64,000 nt of DNA from a virus. Position 1 is the first letter of the stretch, and every line of letters starts with the position of its first letter. The position numbers were made by a program, and so were the translations under genes. The notes beneath the pieces were generated by a model. That model made no database searches, was not told where the DNA came from, and worked only from the letters and a program-made list of their open reading frames with translations. Below are positions 27,540 to 37,938 of the stretch, in pieces. The DNA lies in the IMG/VR virus record IMGVR_UViG_3300009149_000019, positions 1-64,000 of that record; one strand, given 5' to 3'.

Positions 27540-28451
27540 ATGACTGAAAAAGAATGTGAATTTCTAAGATTCTCCGAGGAATTTAGCTCTTGGGGGAAAA
27601 ATATATACGTTGGAATAAGAGACGTGTGGGCATACTGCACTATGATAAAGAACCTGATAGATTCCGGAGTGATTACTGTTGATGTAGAAAAACTGAAGAC
27701 ATTCAATCCCTCCAAATGCCAGAAAGCGATTGGTTGTATATACATTATGGCAACCAAGGATCCTATATTTAAGAAGAAGGGGCATATGGCTCTACGCATT
27801 GCGTACCATATGGCTACCGATTTCAAGGACAGCCCTCTGGACGATAAGAGTAGTTCTGTAAAGGAGCTTATCCTTTACCATAAGCCAGAGTTGAAACCAT
27901 GCTTCGTTAGTAAGGATTTTAAGAAGCTATCCCCATCACAGAGGAAGGAGACATATTTCCAGATTGGAAAAGAACATGCCAAAGGTGACGCATCGTACCA
28001 TGTCAGAGCATCCGCTTATTATCGTAAGGGGGGCTGGAGTGATTTTGACTGGTATACAGACAAAGAGTTGTCTTTAGTCAGTATGGGAATCTGGGAAGCT
28101 ACTCTGTTTAGTACTGAAGAAGCGCCAGCTACTTTTGTATTAAAGAAAATGCTTAAGACAAAGAGCGGGGTGAAGAAGATAATAACTGGAACTAGGGCAT
28201 GGAACATATGGTGTACCCAGAATCGACATTCTGAGAATTACCCTATTATGTGGCTCACCTTGAAGGACCAGTACATGAGTAAGGCCTCTACGTTTTTCTC
28301 GTACGCTTCCGGATCTATGCTAACCACGGCTGTCCTTAACTGTGGTAATGAGCAGGCTTCTGATGTTTTACAGAAGGCACTATGTATAAAAGCAGCTAGA
28401 AACGCTGCTAATGCTAAGGAGGGCTTATGCCAAACTGGTGTAGCAACATAG
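27540..28451 (+). CDS. hypothetical protein, WxDxDWYxD paralog family
   Basis: GGWSDFDWYTDKE. Confidence 0.7.
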   Translation: MTEKECEFLRFSEEFSSWGKNIYVGIRDVWAYCTMIKNLIDSGVITVDVEKLKTFNPSKCQKAIGCIYIMATKDPIFKKKGHMALRIAYHMATDFKDSPLDDKSSSVKELILYHKPELKPCFVSKDFKKLSPSQRKETYFQIGKEHAKGDASYHVRASAYYRKGGWSDFDWYTDKELSLVSMGIWEATLFSTEEAPATFVLKKMLKTKSGVKKIITGTRAWNIWCTQNRHSENYPIMWLTLKDQYMSKASTFFSYASGSMLTTAVLNCGNEQASDVLQKALCIKAARNAANAKEGLCQTGVAT

Positions 28452-28981
28452 TAAAGATATATGGTAGCGATGAGCACCTCCAGGAGTTTATGGAGCGTGT
28501 AAGCGGCTACCATGCTATCTATGGTAATGATCATCCTGAGTATTGGATGGAGGTCCTATCAAAAAAGCATCCATTTTGTTTTAATGCAATCCTGCCCTCT
28601 CCACCAGAGGTTAGTTTAGGAACATACAGCAACAATGGGTTTGGTTGGTGTGTGGAAAACTGGGGAACAAAATGGGATATACATTCGGATGACACTTTCT
28701 ATAATGAAGATCCGGATGACTGTGACCTCTCTCTGAGCTTCTCTACAGCCTGGGGCCCTCCCTTAGGTGTGTACAACGAGCTAGCCCAGCTTTTCCCTAA
28801 CCTTGTCTTTGACATGTTCTGGATTGAACTTGGGATGGCTTTTGGTGGACATCTACATATAGAGAAGGGACAGCAGACAATATCTGAGATATCTAGTGAT
28901 GAGCCAGAGTACCGAACCCTTGCAGAAGATATCTTTGATATAGATTCGTCTAGCTTTATTGATGAAGAAGAGGATCTCTAA
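28427..28981 (+). CDS. DUF1281/YubB-like ferredoxin-fold protein
   Basis: MPNWCSN, WCVENWGTKWD, FSTAWGPP. Confidence 0.85.
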   Translation: MPNWCSNIVKIYGSDEHLQEFMERVSGYHAIYGNDHPEYWMEVLSKKHPFCFNAILPSPPEVSLGTYSNNGFGWCVENWGTKWDIHSDDTFYNEDPDDCDLSLSFSTAWGPPLGVYNELAQLFPNLVFDMFWIELGMAFGGHLHIEKGQQTISEISSDEPEYRTLAEDIFDIDSSSFIDEEEDL

Positions 28982-29023
28982 TGGACACACGAGTTCCTAA
29001 AAAGATTATTATAAGGAGGTTCC

Positions 29024-29377
29024 ATGTGGTATAAACCAGAAGGAACTAGTGTTATCTGTAAGGAAAACTTTGCAGATATTCTAGAGGAAGTTGGATTTAA
29101 GCTTCCTGAAAAGGGAAAAAGCGCCCTCCTGTACTGGCTTGACAGGCACTGTATCGCACGGGTTGCGGTATCAAAAAGTGGGTATGTAGTGACAAGCTGG
29201 GAACAGGCGGTTGAAGATGGAGTTCCCCCATCAGTTCAAATGTTGAGGATTGATAATATAACTGGGGAGATACAACTCATATTCATAACAGAAGTAGCCA
29301 ACGGTTGCTGTAAGACTCTGTTGGGAAGAGAAGTATCTCTCCAGGTGTCTCGGTTTGTTATTGAGGCCTTAGGGTAG
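29024..29377 (+). CDS. hypothetical protein
   Basis: AAGGAGG SD. Confidence 0.65.
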   Translation: MWYKPEGTSVICKENFADILEEVGFKLPEKGKSALLYWLDRHCIARVAVSKSGYVVTSWEQAVEDGVPPSVQMLRIDNITGEIQLIFITEVANGCCKTLLGREVSLQVSRFVIEALG

Positions 29378-29381
29378 CACC

Positions 29382-29975
29382 ATGCACAGTAGATTGTATT
29401 ATATGATGGAGCATGCCGTAAAGGACAACATAATCGATTTTGAAGAGTTTTATGAGGATGATGCCTCCATATTTGATGTGGCACAACACAGTCCTATATG
29501 TTCTGGTATTGACTATGTAGCAGAACCAGATAATTTAGAGGAGGATATGTCTTATGTCCATGATAACATTTTTGGATCATTGTCAAAAGTAGAACATGGG
29601 GTTTTACGTATTCCGCCTGTGGCTATGGAGTTCTATGTGGACAAGGTAAAGTGGGTACCGGTGGAAACAGCACGTAAGAGCTTTGAAGAGTTGACCTCAT
29701 TGTATGCACGGTTAGTTAACGGCAACTATGTAAATGGCGGAGCAGGGGGTGTTTTATACCATTTTAAGCAAGAACTCTCTATTATGCGTTATAACGGAGC
29801 CCCTTCTCTGGAATGGGCAGGTTCCTCTTTCGGAGATTTCGTGGTTACTACATTAGCTAGGCCCTACCTAACCATCTATGATTCATTTATGGTTAAGGCC
29901 CTCTTTATTGACCACCTGGCAACTAAACCAGCTACAGTATTTTCAATAATACAGATTTTTGACTATCACTGTTAA
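29382..29975 (+). CDS. hypothetical protein
   Basis: 197-aa ORF. Confidence 0.65.
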   Translation: MHSRLYYMMEHAVKDNIIDFEEFYEDDASIFDVAQHSPICSGIDYVAEPDNLEEDMSYVHDNIFGSLSKVEHGVLRIPPVAMEFYVDKVKWVPVETARKSFEELTSLYARLVNGNYVNGGAGGVLYHFKQELSIMRYNGAPSLEWAGSSFGDFVVTTLARPYLTIYDSFMVKALFIDHLATKPATVFSIIQIFDYHC

Positions 29976-29983
29976 AGGAGTGC

Positions 29984-30604
29984 TTGATGCTGAACCTTAT
30001 GTCACATGGATGTATGAGAAAGGATCAAGAGGAGCCCTTTGACTTTAGCACATTACAGGATCTTGGTATAGCTGCTAAGTTGGGAAGACTGGAGCCTTTT
30101 CTTTCTTTTTCCACAGATGCGCTGGTGTCTAGCTATCAAAAAAGCGCAGCTCATATGCTGTTGTGTGTGGCTGCGACTAATGGAAACACACAGGTGGTCT
30201 CACACTTACTTAATAGTGGAGTAGGCCCAAAGTCTAGGGACTGTTCCCCTTTTGTACACGAAGGTGGCTTGTCACCGTTAGCTCGAGCGCTCATCTTTGA
30301 CCAGGACGCGTGTGCTCTTGTTTTAGCAAGAGCGGGGGCGTGGCTAGATGACTACGATATTTTACTTGGAAGCTGCCCACTGCTTGTGCTAGTGTCTAGG
30401 TTCCCTACTGATGACTGCTATAGGTATGCTGATTACTTATTCGGAAATGTGGATAGTGCTCTAAAGTCGTTGTCTATCTCAGGTCGAGATGACACCGTCA
30501 GGATGGCAGCAATCGCAGTCCTACAGAGAAAAACTGTGGCCAACCACCACGCAAGGAGGTTTAATGGCTCGAAAACTCATCATCCTCTTCCAAAAACCAT
30601 CTGA
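29984..30604 (+). CDS. ankyrin repeat protein
   Basis: LCVAATNGNTQVVSHLLNSG, GLSPLARA...LVLARAGA. Confidence 0.8.
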   Translation: MMLNLMSHGCMRKDQEEPFDFSTLQDLGIAAKLGRLEPFLSFSTDALVSSYQKSAAHMLLCVAATNGNTQVVSHLLNSGVGPKSRDCSPFVHEGGLSPLARALIFDQDACALVLARAGAWLDDYDILLGSCPLLVLVSRFPTDDCYRYADYLFGNVDSALKSLSISGRDDTVRMAAIAVLQRKTVANHHARRFNGSKTHHPLPKTI

Positions 30605-30764
30605 GAAATTATCTGGATGGTCAGTCGTGTTAGGGTTCTGGAAAAAAGGTAAGCGCCCTGAGTTCATAACATGGGAGAGGAAGGATATTGATGACACTCT
30701 GTATTCTGGTCATTACTACGCAGAGCTTCCAGCGGCTTACGCTGATTTTAAGAAAAGGAGGTGA
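30564..30764 (+). CDS. hypothetical protein
   Basis: ATG 30564 after AAGGAGG; ends YSGHYY...AYADFKKRR. Confidence 0.65.
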   Translation: MARKLIILFQKPSEKLSGWSVVLGFWKKGKRPEFITWERKDIDDTLYSGHYYAELPAAYADFKKRR

Positions 30765-30851
30765 TTGTTGGCACAGTGAAGATATATAACCAACCACTAA
30801 CTATGAGGTACTAGTGCGTCTGTTCGTTCAGTTACAAAGATGAGGAAACCA

Positions 30852-31475
30852 ATGAAATTAAAGGGGTTCAAACGAAAGCTAAAACAAAACAGATTAACAG
30901 CCGGCAATGTAAAGCTGTCGAAGAAAATTCTGATCTTTAATCTTCCTTCTGGTAAGCAAGGTACTTGTCCAATTACCTGTAATAGCTGCTATTCTCTAAG
31001 AACTGAGAAGAGGTGGCCTAATGTTAAGGTATGGAGGAATGAGAATCTGCAGCTTGCCAAACATAATCTACCCGTGTTAGAAGAGTGTGTACACGGGCAG
31101 TTGTACAGGTCAAGGAAGAGTATTGTCAGAATTCATGAGGGTGGGGACTTCTTCTCTCAGCCATATCTGGACATGTGGTCTGGAATAGCAACTTCTTTTC
31201 CTGATAACCGTTTCTATGCCTACACAAAAACCTTAGAGTTGTTTAACTTCTCTAGGTTCTCAATCCTTCCAAACGTTAACATAATTAATAGCCATATTGA
31301 GGGTAACATTAATTATGGAAGTCTGAACTATTGTAATAGCCTTGTGGAAGAGTATGGAGCGTTTCTCTGTCCAGCAACCTTAGATAAGCACCTGGGCAGA
31401 AAGAGGAAAACTGTATGTGGAGAAGATTGTACCTACTGTATAACAGAGGCAGCTCCAGTGTTCTTGAAACATTAA
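30852..31475 (+). CDS. phage Gp88-like protein
   Basis: GNVKL, FNLP, CPITCNSCY, VRIHEGGDFFS, FYAYTK, C-terminal CGEDCTYC. Confidence 0.8.
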   Translation: MKLKGFKRKLKQNRLTAGNVKLSKKILIFNLPSGKQGTCPITCNSCYSLRTEKRWPNVKVWRNENLQLAKHNLPVLEECVHGQLYRSRKSIVRIHEGGDFFSQPYLDMWSGIATSFPDNRFYAYTKTLELFNFSRFSILPNVNIINSHIEGNINYGSLNYCNSLVEEYGAFLCPATLDKHLGRKRKTVCGEDCTYCITEAAPVFLKH

Positions 31476-31527
31476 TAATTTAGCAGGGGGGTGGTTATGT
31501 ATGACACTCCCCTCCTTTGGAGGATTC

Positions 31528-31698
31528 ATGTGTAAAAAGGATGATATCGTTTCCATAGTGAGTGAGATACAGATAGAAGAGAAGGAATGGGTTGATAAGA
31601 AAGTGGACTGTGCCCTAAGAGAAATGGCGAAGAGAAGGACCCCATTGTGGAAAAGGGCTCTATATTTTATGGGGAAGCTGGTGAGAAAAAAAGAGTAG
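31528..31698 (+). CDS. small hypothetical protein
   Basis: ATG after GGAGG. Confidence 0.5.
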   Translation: MCKKDDIVSIVSEIQIEEKEWVDKKVDCALREMAKRRTPLWKRALYFMGKLVRKKE

Positions 31699-31753
31699 CT
31701 TTTTCCTGTTGTATGGAGTATCCTAAGTGGCACATTACTTTGGAGGATCTTCT

Positions 31754-32737
31754 ATGACATTATGGCACTTGGCTGACATCCACTTCGGAAAGGTGAAACA
31801 GGAAACGATTGAGGACTTCTATAAAGTTACTGATGGGTTAGATAACCCAGATAAAATTATAATAGCCGGAGATCTGTTTCACTCATCTTACTATTTTGAG
31901 GATGAGACTACCAGGAATGTTCTTTTCTTTGTGGATTACCTTCTATCCAAGTGTCCTGACGTATCTTTTACTAAAGGAACACACTCCCACGACAGGAGTA
32001 ACCTTCTTACATTAAAAGATATATTCAAGGACAGGATTGAGGTGTATCAGTCACCAACAGATGAGGGAGGCTTTTGCTTTGTACCAGAGCCAACAATTAA
32101 TACAATTGAGGAGACCATAAAGATGATCTCCAGTACAGATGCTCCTCATCTTGTTTATCACGGCGACATTGAATCTGCTAAATACCCTTCAGGTGTTAAC
32201 GCAGAGGATAAAAGCAGCTGCTTCTTACGTAAGTCCTTGTTTAAGAAGTTTGCACTAGTGATGGCTGGGCACATACACAGCAACCAGCGTCTAAAAGGAA
32301 CCAGTATTTATTACACAGGATCCCTGGGAAGGTTTCAGTTTGGTGAAGAGGAGGACAAAGGTTTTTACGTTCATTCTCTTGTAAAGGAGAAATGGGCAAG
32401 TGTGTTTATTCCTGTGAAGTCTCCAGCGTATAAAACATACGGGGTAGAAAATGATACCGAACTTGAGGCGCTCATAGCATCTCTTGATAATGAAGAACCG
32501 GTTCGTGTTTTAATGTCAAAGTCCAGACAGAAGACACTAACTATTCCAAAGTTTGTAAGTATAGAGGCGAACATCGATAGGACACCGGTCACGTCAAGTA
32601 AAATACAGGAACTTGCCGCATCGGATAAGCCGATGTACGATAAGGTGATTACTTACATAGAAGAGAAGATGCAGCTAGAGACCAATGAGATTTTAAAAAA
32701 AGAACTCTCTACCGTGCTTAAGCATGTTGGTGTCTAG
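31754..32737 (+). CDS. sbcD: SbcD/Mre11-like nuclease
   Basis: ADIHFG, AGDLF, GTHSHD, GHIH, YTGS..R..FGE; an SbcC partner lies downstream. Confidence 0.85.
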   Translation: MTLWHLADIHFGKVKQETIEDFYKVTDGLDNPDKIIIAGDLFHSSYYFEDETTRNVLFFVDYLLSKCPDVSFTKGTHSHDRSNLLTLKDIFKDRIEVYQSPTDEGGFCFVPEPTINTIEETIKMISSTDAPHLVYHGDIESAKYPSGVNAEDKSSCFLRKSLFKKFALVMAGHIHSNQRLKGTSIYYTGSLGRFQFGEEEDKGFYVHSLVKEKWASVFIPVKSPAYKTYGVENDTELEALIASLDNEEPVRVLMSKSRQKTLTIPKFVSIEANIDRTPVTSSKIQELAASDKPMYDKVITYIEEKMQLETNEILKKELSTVLKHVGV

Positions 32738-32758
32738 AAGAATTAAGGAGGCCACCTT

Positions 32759-35167
32759 ATGAGATTATCCAGCCTTGTGGAAAAGTCTTCCTGTACAGAT
32801 AAAAAGCAATCATCTTGTCAGAAATGTCCTTTAAGCACACGACAGTTTATCCCACCTATACTGCATGATAACAGTAATATCCTTATGGTGGGAGATATAC
32901 CTGTAAAAGATGAGTCTGACGCTGGTAGGCCTATTGCTGGTAAGGCTGGAAAGATTCTTAAAGAATACCTGGACATCCATGGCATCGACAGGGATACCGT
33001 ATCCGTTTCGAATGTGGTCAAATGTAGACCAGATGAAAAGGATACCTTCAAGGTAAACCACATAACTGAATGTGGTGACCGATTTTTGGCGAATGAGGTC
33101 TCCTCCCTGAAGAGTCTTAAGCTAATAGTGTTGCTGGGTAAAACAGCGTTCAGCTACTTTTTTAATAAGGGAAATTATGCAAAGAGCTGCGGACATTTCA
33201 TGGCTGGGCACGGCGCTACCTTCTTCTGTATGTTACCACCCTCTCAGGCTTATAAAAGAGAAGAGGAGTTCTCCAATGACATTAAGAAGATAAAGCTGTT
33301 TCTAGATGGGGCTTTATTTACTGATAGGAATTACATCGTTGTTGACTCCATGGACAAACTGAAGGCTGCGGAACAGACCCTTTCACAGTATGACACCCTG
33401 TCTATTGATATCGAAACAAATATTATTCCAAAGAGACGAGAGATAAAACCTCTAACCTTAAAGACATTTGCGATATCTCCAGAAAAGAATGTGTCATACG
33501 GATTCTATATGGAGTGTGATAAGACGATATCCCCCAGGTATCATCAAGAAGCGTGGAGGATGCTGTCTTCTTTTCTTGTGAACCCGAAGATAAAAAAGGT
33601 GTTCCATAATGCAGCCTTCGAGTGTAAGCAGTTCAGGCTGAGAGGATGCAACCCAGTAAACTATGATGACACCATGATAGAAGCATTCCTCTTAGATGAA
33701 AATAGACCAATCAACTTGAAGGAGCTTGCACACACCTATACTGAGGGGTATAAGAATCTTATCTCAGGATTCAATCAGACCACAGAAAAATTACTGGGTT
33801 ACAATATGGAAGATGCAGACCTAACACTGCAGCTCCACACTCAGTTTAAGCCGGCCCTTATAAAAAATAAGGGGTTGTTGTGGATATATGATAACCTGAT
33901 GATACCTGAGACTTACCTCTTTCCAACTATTGAGATGAACGGTGTGCTGTTTGACACCGATTACGCTCTTGAGCTCAACAGAGCTCTTTCTGTTGATGTA
34001 GGGCAGCTAGAGGCTTCTATATTCGGAAAGTATCCTATGCTGAGGAACACGAATCTTGACTCCCCTAAGCAACTGGCCGCATTTATGTTCGGTGTACTTG
34101 GGCTTAAGCCTAAATCTGAGACGCCCACAGGGAGACCTTCTTTAGCCAAGAACGACCTCACCCTTTTTAAAGAGGATGGTGTTGTACTAGCTGAGTGGAT
34201 ATTGGAAAGGAGAGTAGTGAAAAAGCTGATCTCTACTTATGTGAAGGCTCTTCCTAATTTGTTAGGAGATGACAGTAAGTTAAGCTCTTCGTACTCCACA
34301 ACAACAGCTAAGACTGGAAGGGCTGCGTCGTCAAAGCCAAATCTTCAGAACATCCCTCGTGACAAAAGAGTTAAGAACACGTTTACTCCTGATCCCGGTA
34401 ATGTGTTTCTCCAAGGTGACTTCTCCCAGGCGGAATTACGGATAGCAGCTTCGATAGCAGATGAAAAGAGAATGATTGACATCTATAGAAATGATGGAGA
34501 CATTCATCGGCTAACTGCATCGATTGTTGCCGGAATCCCCCTCGCAGAGGTAACCAAGATACACAGACAGTCAGCTAAGGCTGTTAACTTCGGCTTTATA
34601 TATGGTATGGAGGCTCTCGGGTTTAAATCCTATGCTAAACAGGACTATAACGCGGAGTTTACAGAGAAAGAAGCTATACGGGCACGGGAGCTATATTTTG
34701 AGAACTACTCGGCATTAGCACCATGGCACGCTCGTGTAAAAAGGTTTGCTGAAAAGCATGGATACGTGGTATCTCCTCTTGGAAGAGTACGACGTTTACC
34801 TGATGCACAGAACCATACAGACTTCAAAAAGAAAAGTTCTGCGTTAAGACAGGCCCTTAATGCACCAGTACAGGCGACCGCTGCTGATCTTACAGCATAC
34901 ACAATGATCAGAGCTCAGCGGTTCTTAGAAAAAATGGACATGAAGAGTAAGTTAGTTCTAACTGTACACGACTCTATCGTGTTCTCAGCAGTGCCTGAAG
35001 AAGTTGAGGCTCTGGCAATGTTCCTTACAGATACGGTAACCTCTCTAGAAAGAAAATTTTCATGGTTAACTGTTCCGATGAAGATGGATTTTGAGATTGG
35101 TGACCGGTGGGGAGCACTAAGAGAATGTTCAAATATTGAACAGCTGCTTCAATATCTGCAACTCTGA
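32759..35167 (+). CDS. polA: family A DNA polymerase with an N-terminal family-4 UDG-like domain and a 3'-5' exonuclease
   Basis: CQKCPL, NVVKCRP (UDG4); DIET, HNAAFE, YNMED (exo); DFSQAELR, RQSAKAVNFG..YG, VHDS (pol). Confidence 0.95.
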   Translation: MRLSSLVEKSSCTDKKQSSCQKCPLSTRQFIPPILHDNSNILMVGDIPVKDESDAGRPIAGKAGKILKEYLDIHGIDRDTVSVSNVVKCRPDEKDTFKVNHITECGDRFLANEVSSLKSLKLIVLLGKTAFSYFFNKGNYAKSCGHFMAGHGATFFCMLPPSQAYKREEEFSNDIKKIKLFLDGALFTDRNYIVVDSMDKLKAAEQTLSQYDTLSIDIETNIIPKRREIKPLTLKTFAISPEKNVSYGFYMECDKTISPRYHQEAWRMLSSFLVNPKIKKVFHNAAFECKQFRLRGCNPVNYDDTMIEAFLLDENRPINLKELAHTYTEGYKNLISGFNQTTEKLLGYNMEDADLTLQLHTQFKPALIKNKGLLWIYDNLMIPETYLFPTIEMNGVLFDTDYALELNRALSVDVGQLEASIFGKYPMLRNTNLDSPKQLAAFMFGVLGLKPKSETPTGRPSLAKNDLTLFKEDGVVLAEWILERRVVKKLISTYVKALPNLLGDDSKLSSSYSTTTAKTGRAASSKPNLQNIPRDKRVKNTFTPDPGNVFLQGDFSQAELRIAASIADEKRMIDIYRNDGDIHRLTASIVAGIPLAEVTKIHRQSAKAVNFGFIYGMEALGFKSYAKQDYNAEFTEKEAIRARELYFENYSALAPWHARVKRFAEKHGYVVSPLGRVRRLPDAQNHTDFKKKSSALRQALNAPVQATAADLTAYTMIRAQRFLEKMDMKSKLVLTVHDSIVFSAVPEEVEALAMFLTDTVTSLERKFSWLTVPMKMDFEIGDRWGALRECSNIEQLLQYLQL

Positions 35168-35255
35168 TATTTCACTAAAAAATATTTCCCTTCTAATAAA
35201 GAACCTGTTATTATAGATTTGCTGTAAAAAGCAAAAAACATAGTAGGAGGTTCTT

Positions 35256-35753
35256 ATGCTGTTAGAAGGCATGCAGGACATCAAGTCCACCTTCTATCTC
35301 CAAGTCGACGGTGAGTTAACTGAGGTAGAAATTAGTCTGGAGAAGGTCTTCGTCGTCAATGAGCACGACATCAAAGGTGAGTTGCTGAGGCACGCTTCCA
35401 TTGTTGCCTGGTTTGGTATGATCCACAATTCATATCAGCAGAATCTTTCTGCCCTTAGAGGTGAGCAGAAAATAATGGATGCAGAGCTCTATGGTGAAAA
35501 GAAAACCATTCTTGAGAGTGCCGGAGCCAGAGCTACCGTTGATGGTATCAAGGCGGAAGTAATCATTGACGCTCGTATGCAGGCAATGAATAAGCGCATA
35601 CGGGACACAGAGTCGGATGTAGGCGCATTGTTCGCAATTAAGAACGCACTCGACCACAAAAAGGATATGCTTATCCAGCTTGGTGGTTTACACAAAAGGG
35701 AAATGGATCTCCAATCCCTCCTGGATTTGCAATCAGTCCATGGAGGTGCATAG
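35256..35753 (+). CDS. possible UvsY-like recombination mediator (helical)
   Basis: Coiled-coil ORF with RATVDGIKAEV, directly before the SSB and RecA genes. Confidence 0.45.
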   Translation: MLLEGMQDIKSTFYLQVDGELTEVEISLEKVFVVNEHDIKGELLRHASIVAWFGMIHNSYQQNLSALRGEQKIMDAELYGEKKTILESAGARATVDGIKAEVIIDARMQAMNKRIRDTESDVGALFAIKNALDHKKDMLIQLGGLHKREMDLQSLLDLQSVHGGA

Positions 35754-35847
35754 GTAAACACACAAAATTTCTTGTATTACCGGTAACCGTGTGGTAACCT
35801 AGCACTAGCGCACAACAATGCGCAAAAAACAAACGGAGGTACATCTC

Positions 35848-36786
35848 ATGGCTGGTCTCAACATCGAGGCGTTCAAGCAACAAATGGCAGGAAAGAAAAA
35901 AACGCAGTACTGGTCCTTTAAGGACGGGTCTAATTACATTCGTGTATTGCCAAGGTCTATTCAGTACTACTCTCCTGAAGGGGATTGTGAGTTCTCCTTC
36001 CATTATTTTAGGCACTACCGTGTGTCTGAGACAGAATCGATCGTATGTCCAAAATCCCCACATATAGGGCGGCCTTGTCCTATTTGTGAGAAGATTAAAC
36101 TTCTTTGGGATTCCACGGATCCAGAGGATCATCACCTAGCTCGTCAGATTAAGAAGACGAAAAGGGTTCTCTGTAATGTCATAGACATGGACAGCGTCGA
36201 AGCAGGTATCCAGGTTCTGGAAACAGGGCCTCAGGTTTATTCTGAGGTTGCAAAGTGGGTAGTTAACCCTAAATGGGGCGATTTGTTTGACATAACACAA
36301 GGAAGATCCATTACTGTTGACAAAAACCCACCAAAAAACAAGAATGACTGGACAAAGTACGTGGTGACTCCTGATCCAGAACCTACTTCTGTTAAAGAAG
36401 TACTTCCACCATCATGGCAGGATGACATTAACCTGCTTGAGTCAAAACTCCCTCTTGCTAAGTCTTATGAGGAAATTATGCGTGTCATGCATCCTGATGG
36501 AGACTTTCCTGCAGCTAATCATGGAGTGTCTCAGGGCAGCTTCGTTCCTGAGGGGATAACAACCAGAACAGTGGCTAATCCTCCTGCGAAGGCTGAGGAA
36601 CTTGTTGTTGAGGAAGAGCTTGCGGTTGAGTACGGCGAGGAAGAGGAGCAGGCACCGCCAACACCAAGAAAAACCAAAGCCCCAGAATGTTTTGGTAAAT
36701 CTTATTCTCCCAAGTCGAAGACTTGTATTCCGTGCCCAAGTGAAGTGAAGGACAAATGCTGTGACGCGTTCCTTCATAGCGACTAA
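35848..36786 (+). CDS. T4 gp32-like single-stranded DNA-binding protein
   Basis: IRVLP, FRHY, CPK..CPICE, CNVID, DITQGR, Y; acidic region; lies upstream of recA. Confidence 0.8.
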   Translation: MAGLNIEAFKQQMAGKKKTQYWSFKDGSNYIRVLPRSIQYYSPEGDCEFSFHYFRHYRVSETESIVCPKSPHIGRPCPICEKIKLLWDSTDPEDHHLARQIKKTKRVLCNVIDMDSVEAGIQVLETGPQVYSEVAKWVVNPKWGDLFDITQGRSITVDKNPPKNKNDWTKYVVTPDPEPTSVKEVLPPSWQDDINLLESKLPLAKSYEEIMRVMHPDGDFPAANHGVSQGSFVPEGITTRTVANPPAKAEELVVEEELAVEYGEEEEQAPPTPRKTKAPECFGKSYSPKSKTCIPCPSEVKDKCCDAFLHSD

Positions 36787-36798
36787 GGGGGACAATCC

Positions 36799-37938
36799 AT
36801 GGCAAAGATGTCCATCGCTCAGGCCGTAAGAAAAACAGTTCGACAGATTCAGGCATCATCAGATATCGCTGTTCCTTTTTATGTGGATAGTGGTAACTAT
36901 GCGCTTAATTACATCGTATCGGGGTCCTTTTTTAAAGGATACCCCGCTGGGAGGATTACCGAACTGTTCGGAACACAGTCGACTGGCAAGTCTCTGCTAA
37001 TAACGCAGGCTATCGCTAGTGTTCAAAAGATGGGTGGAATCGCTATACTAGACGATTCTGAAAGAACGTTTGATCCATTTTTTGCTGAGAAGGTTGGAGT
37101 AAACGTAGAAGATCTACTCATCCTAAATTCTCAGACCTTGGAGGATTTCAAAGATCCGGAAAATCCTAAGGAGATGATTCCCGGTCATTATACATCAATA
37201 ATGACTACAGTAAAGGCAATCAGAGAGCAGGATCCAAACATTCCTATACTGATTGCTCTTGACTCCATAGCCATCCTTACGACTGCTCATGAAAAGGAAG
37301 TAGGGCTGTCAAAAGTTGACATGTCCAAGGCTAAAATGGTTCGTCAGTTCATGCGACTACTTACTCCAGAAGCAGATAAATATAAGCTTTGCTATCTGGT
37401 AAGTAATCATGTTACTGCAAGTATGGCCTTGTACGGTAAATCTACAACCACGACTGGTGGTTCAGGAGTTAAGTACCAGTCTTCTGTCAGACTTGAACTG
37501 AAGACTAAGGGAAAGATTCTAGGTACTACTGGAAAGGTTAAAGGTGTCAATACCCATGTAGCATGTGAGAAATCTAAAATAACAGCACCACACAAGCAAT
37601 GTCAGGTAGAGGTGCTGTTTGATATTGGCATGTCAACACTCTCAGGTGTTACAGACATGTTAATAGTAGAGGAAGTTATCGTTCAAGAAGGACCGGGATG
37701 GTTTGTAATCCCTGGTATTCTTGATAAAAAGACTCGTCGAAAGGACATTGAAGACATGATGACCAACGACATAGACTTTCTCAAACGAGTAGCAGACAAG
37801 GCTAAGCATGCTACTCAGAGTGCCAACATTTCGGAAAAAGATTTTGCTGTACCGGAAGGCACTCCTGCCCAGGACCCTTCTGTTGAACAAGCAGAAGATG
37901 CACCCTCTCCCACAAAAAAGGGAGGAAAAAGCAAGTAA
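36799..37938 (+). CDS. recA: RecA/UvsX recombinase
   Basis: GYPAGRITELFGTQSTGKS, LDSIA, TTGG..VKYQSSVRLEL. Confidence 0.95.
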   Translation: MAKMSIAQAVRKTVRQIQASSDIAVPFYVDSGNYALNYIVSGSFFKGYPAGRITELFGTQSTGKSLLITQAIASVQKMGGIAILDDSERTFDPFFAEKVGVNVEDLLILNSQTLEDFKDPENPKEMIPGHYTSIMTTVKAIREQDPNIPILIALDSIAILTTAHEKEVGLSKVDMSKAKMVRQFMRLLTPEADKYKLCYLVSNHVTASMALYGKSTTTTGGSGVKYQSSVRLELKTKGKILGTTGKVKGVNTHVACEKSKITAPHKQCQVEVLFDIGMSTLSGVTDMLIVEEVIVQEGPGWFVIPGILDKKTRRKDIEDMMTNDIDFLKRVADKAKHATQSANISEKDFAVPEGTPAQDPSVEQAEDAPSPTKKGGKSK

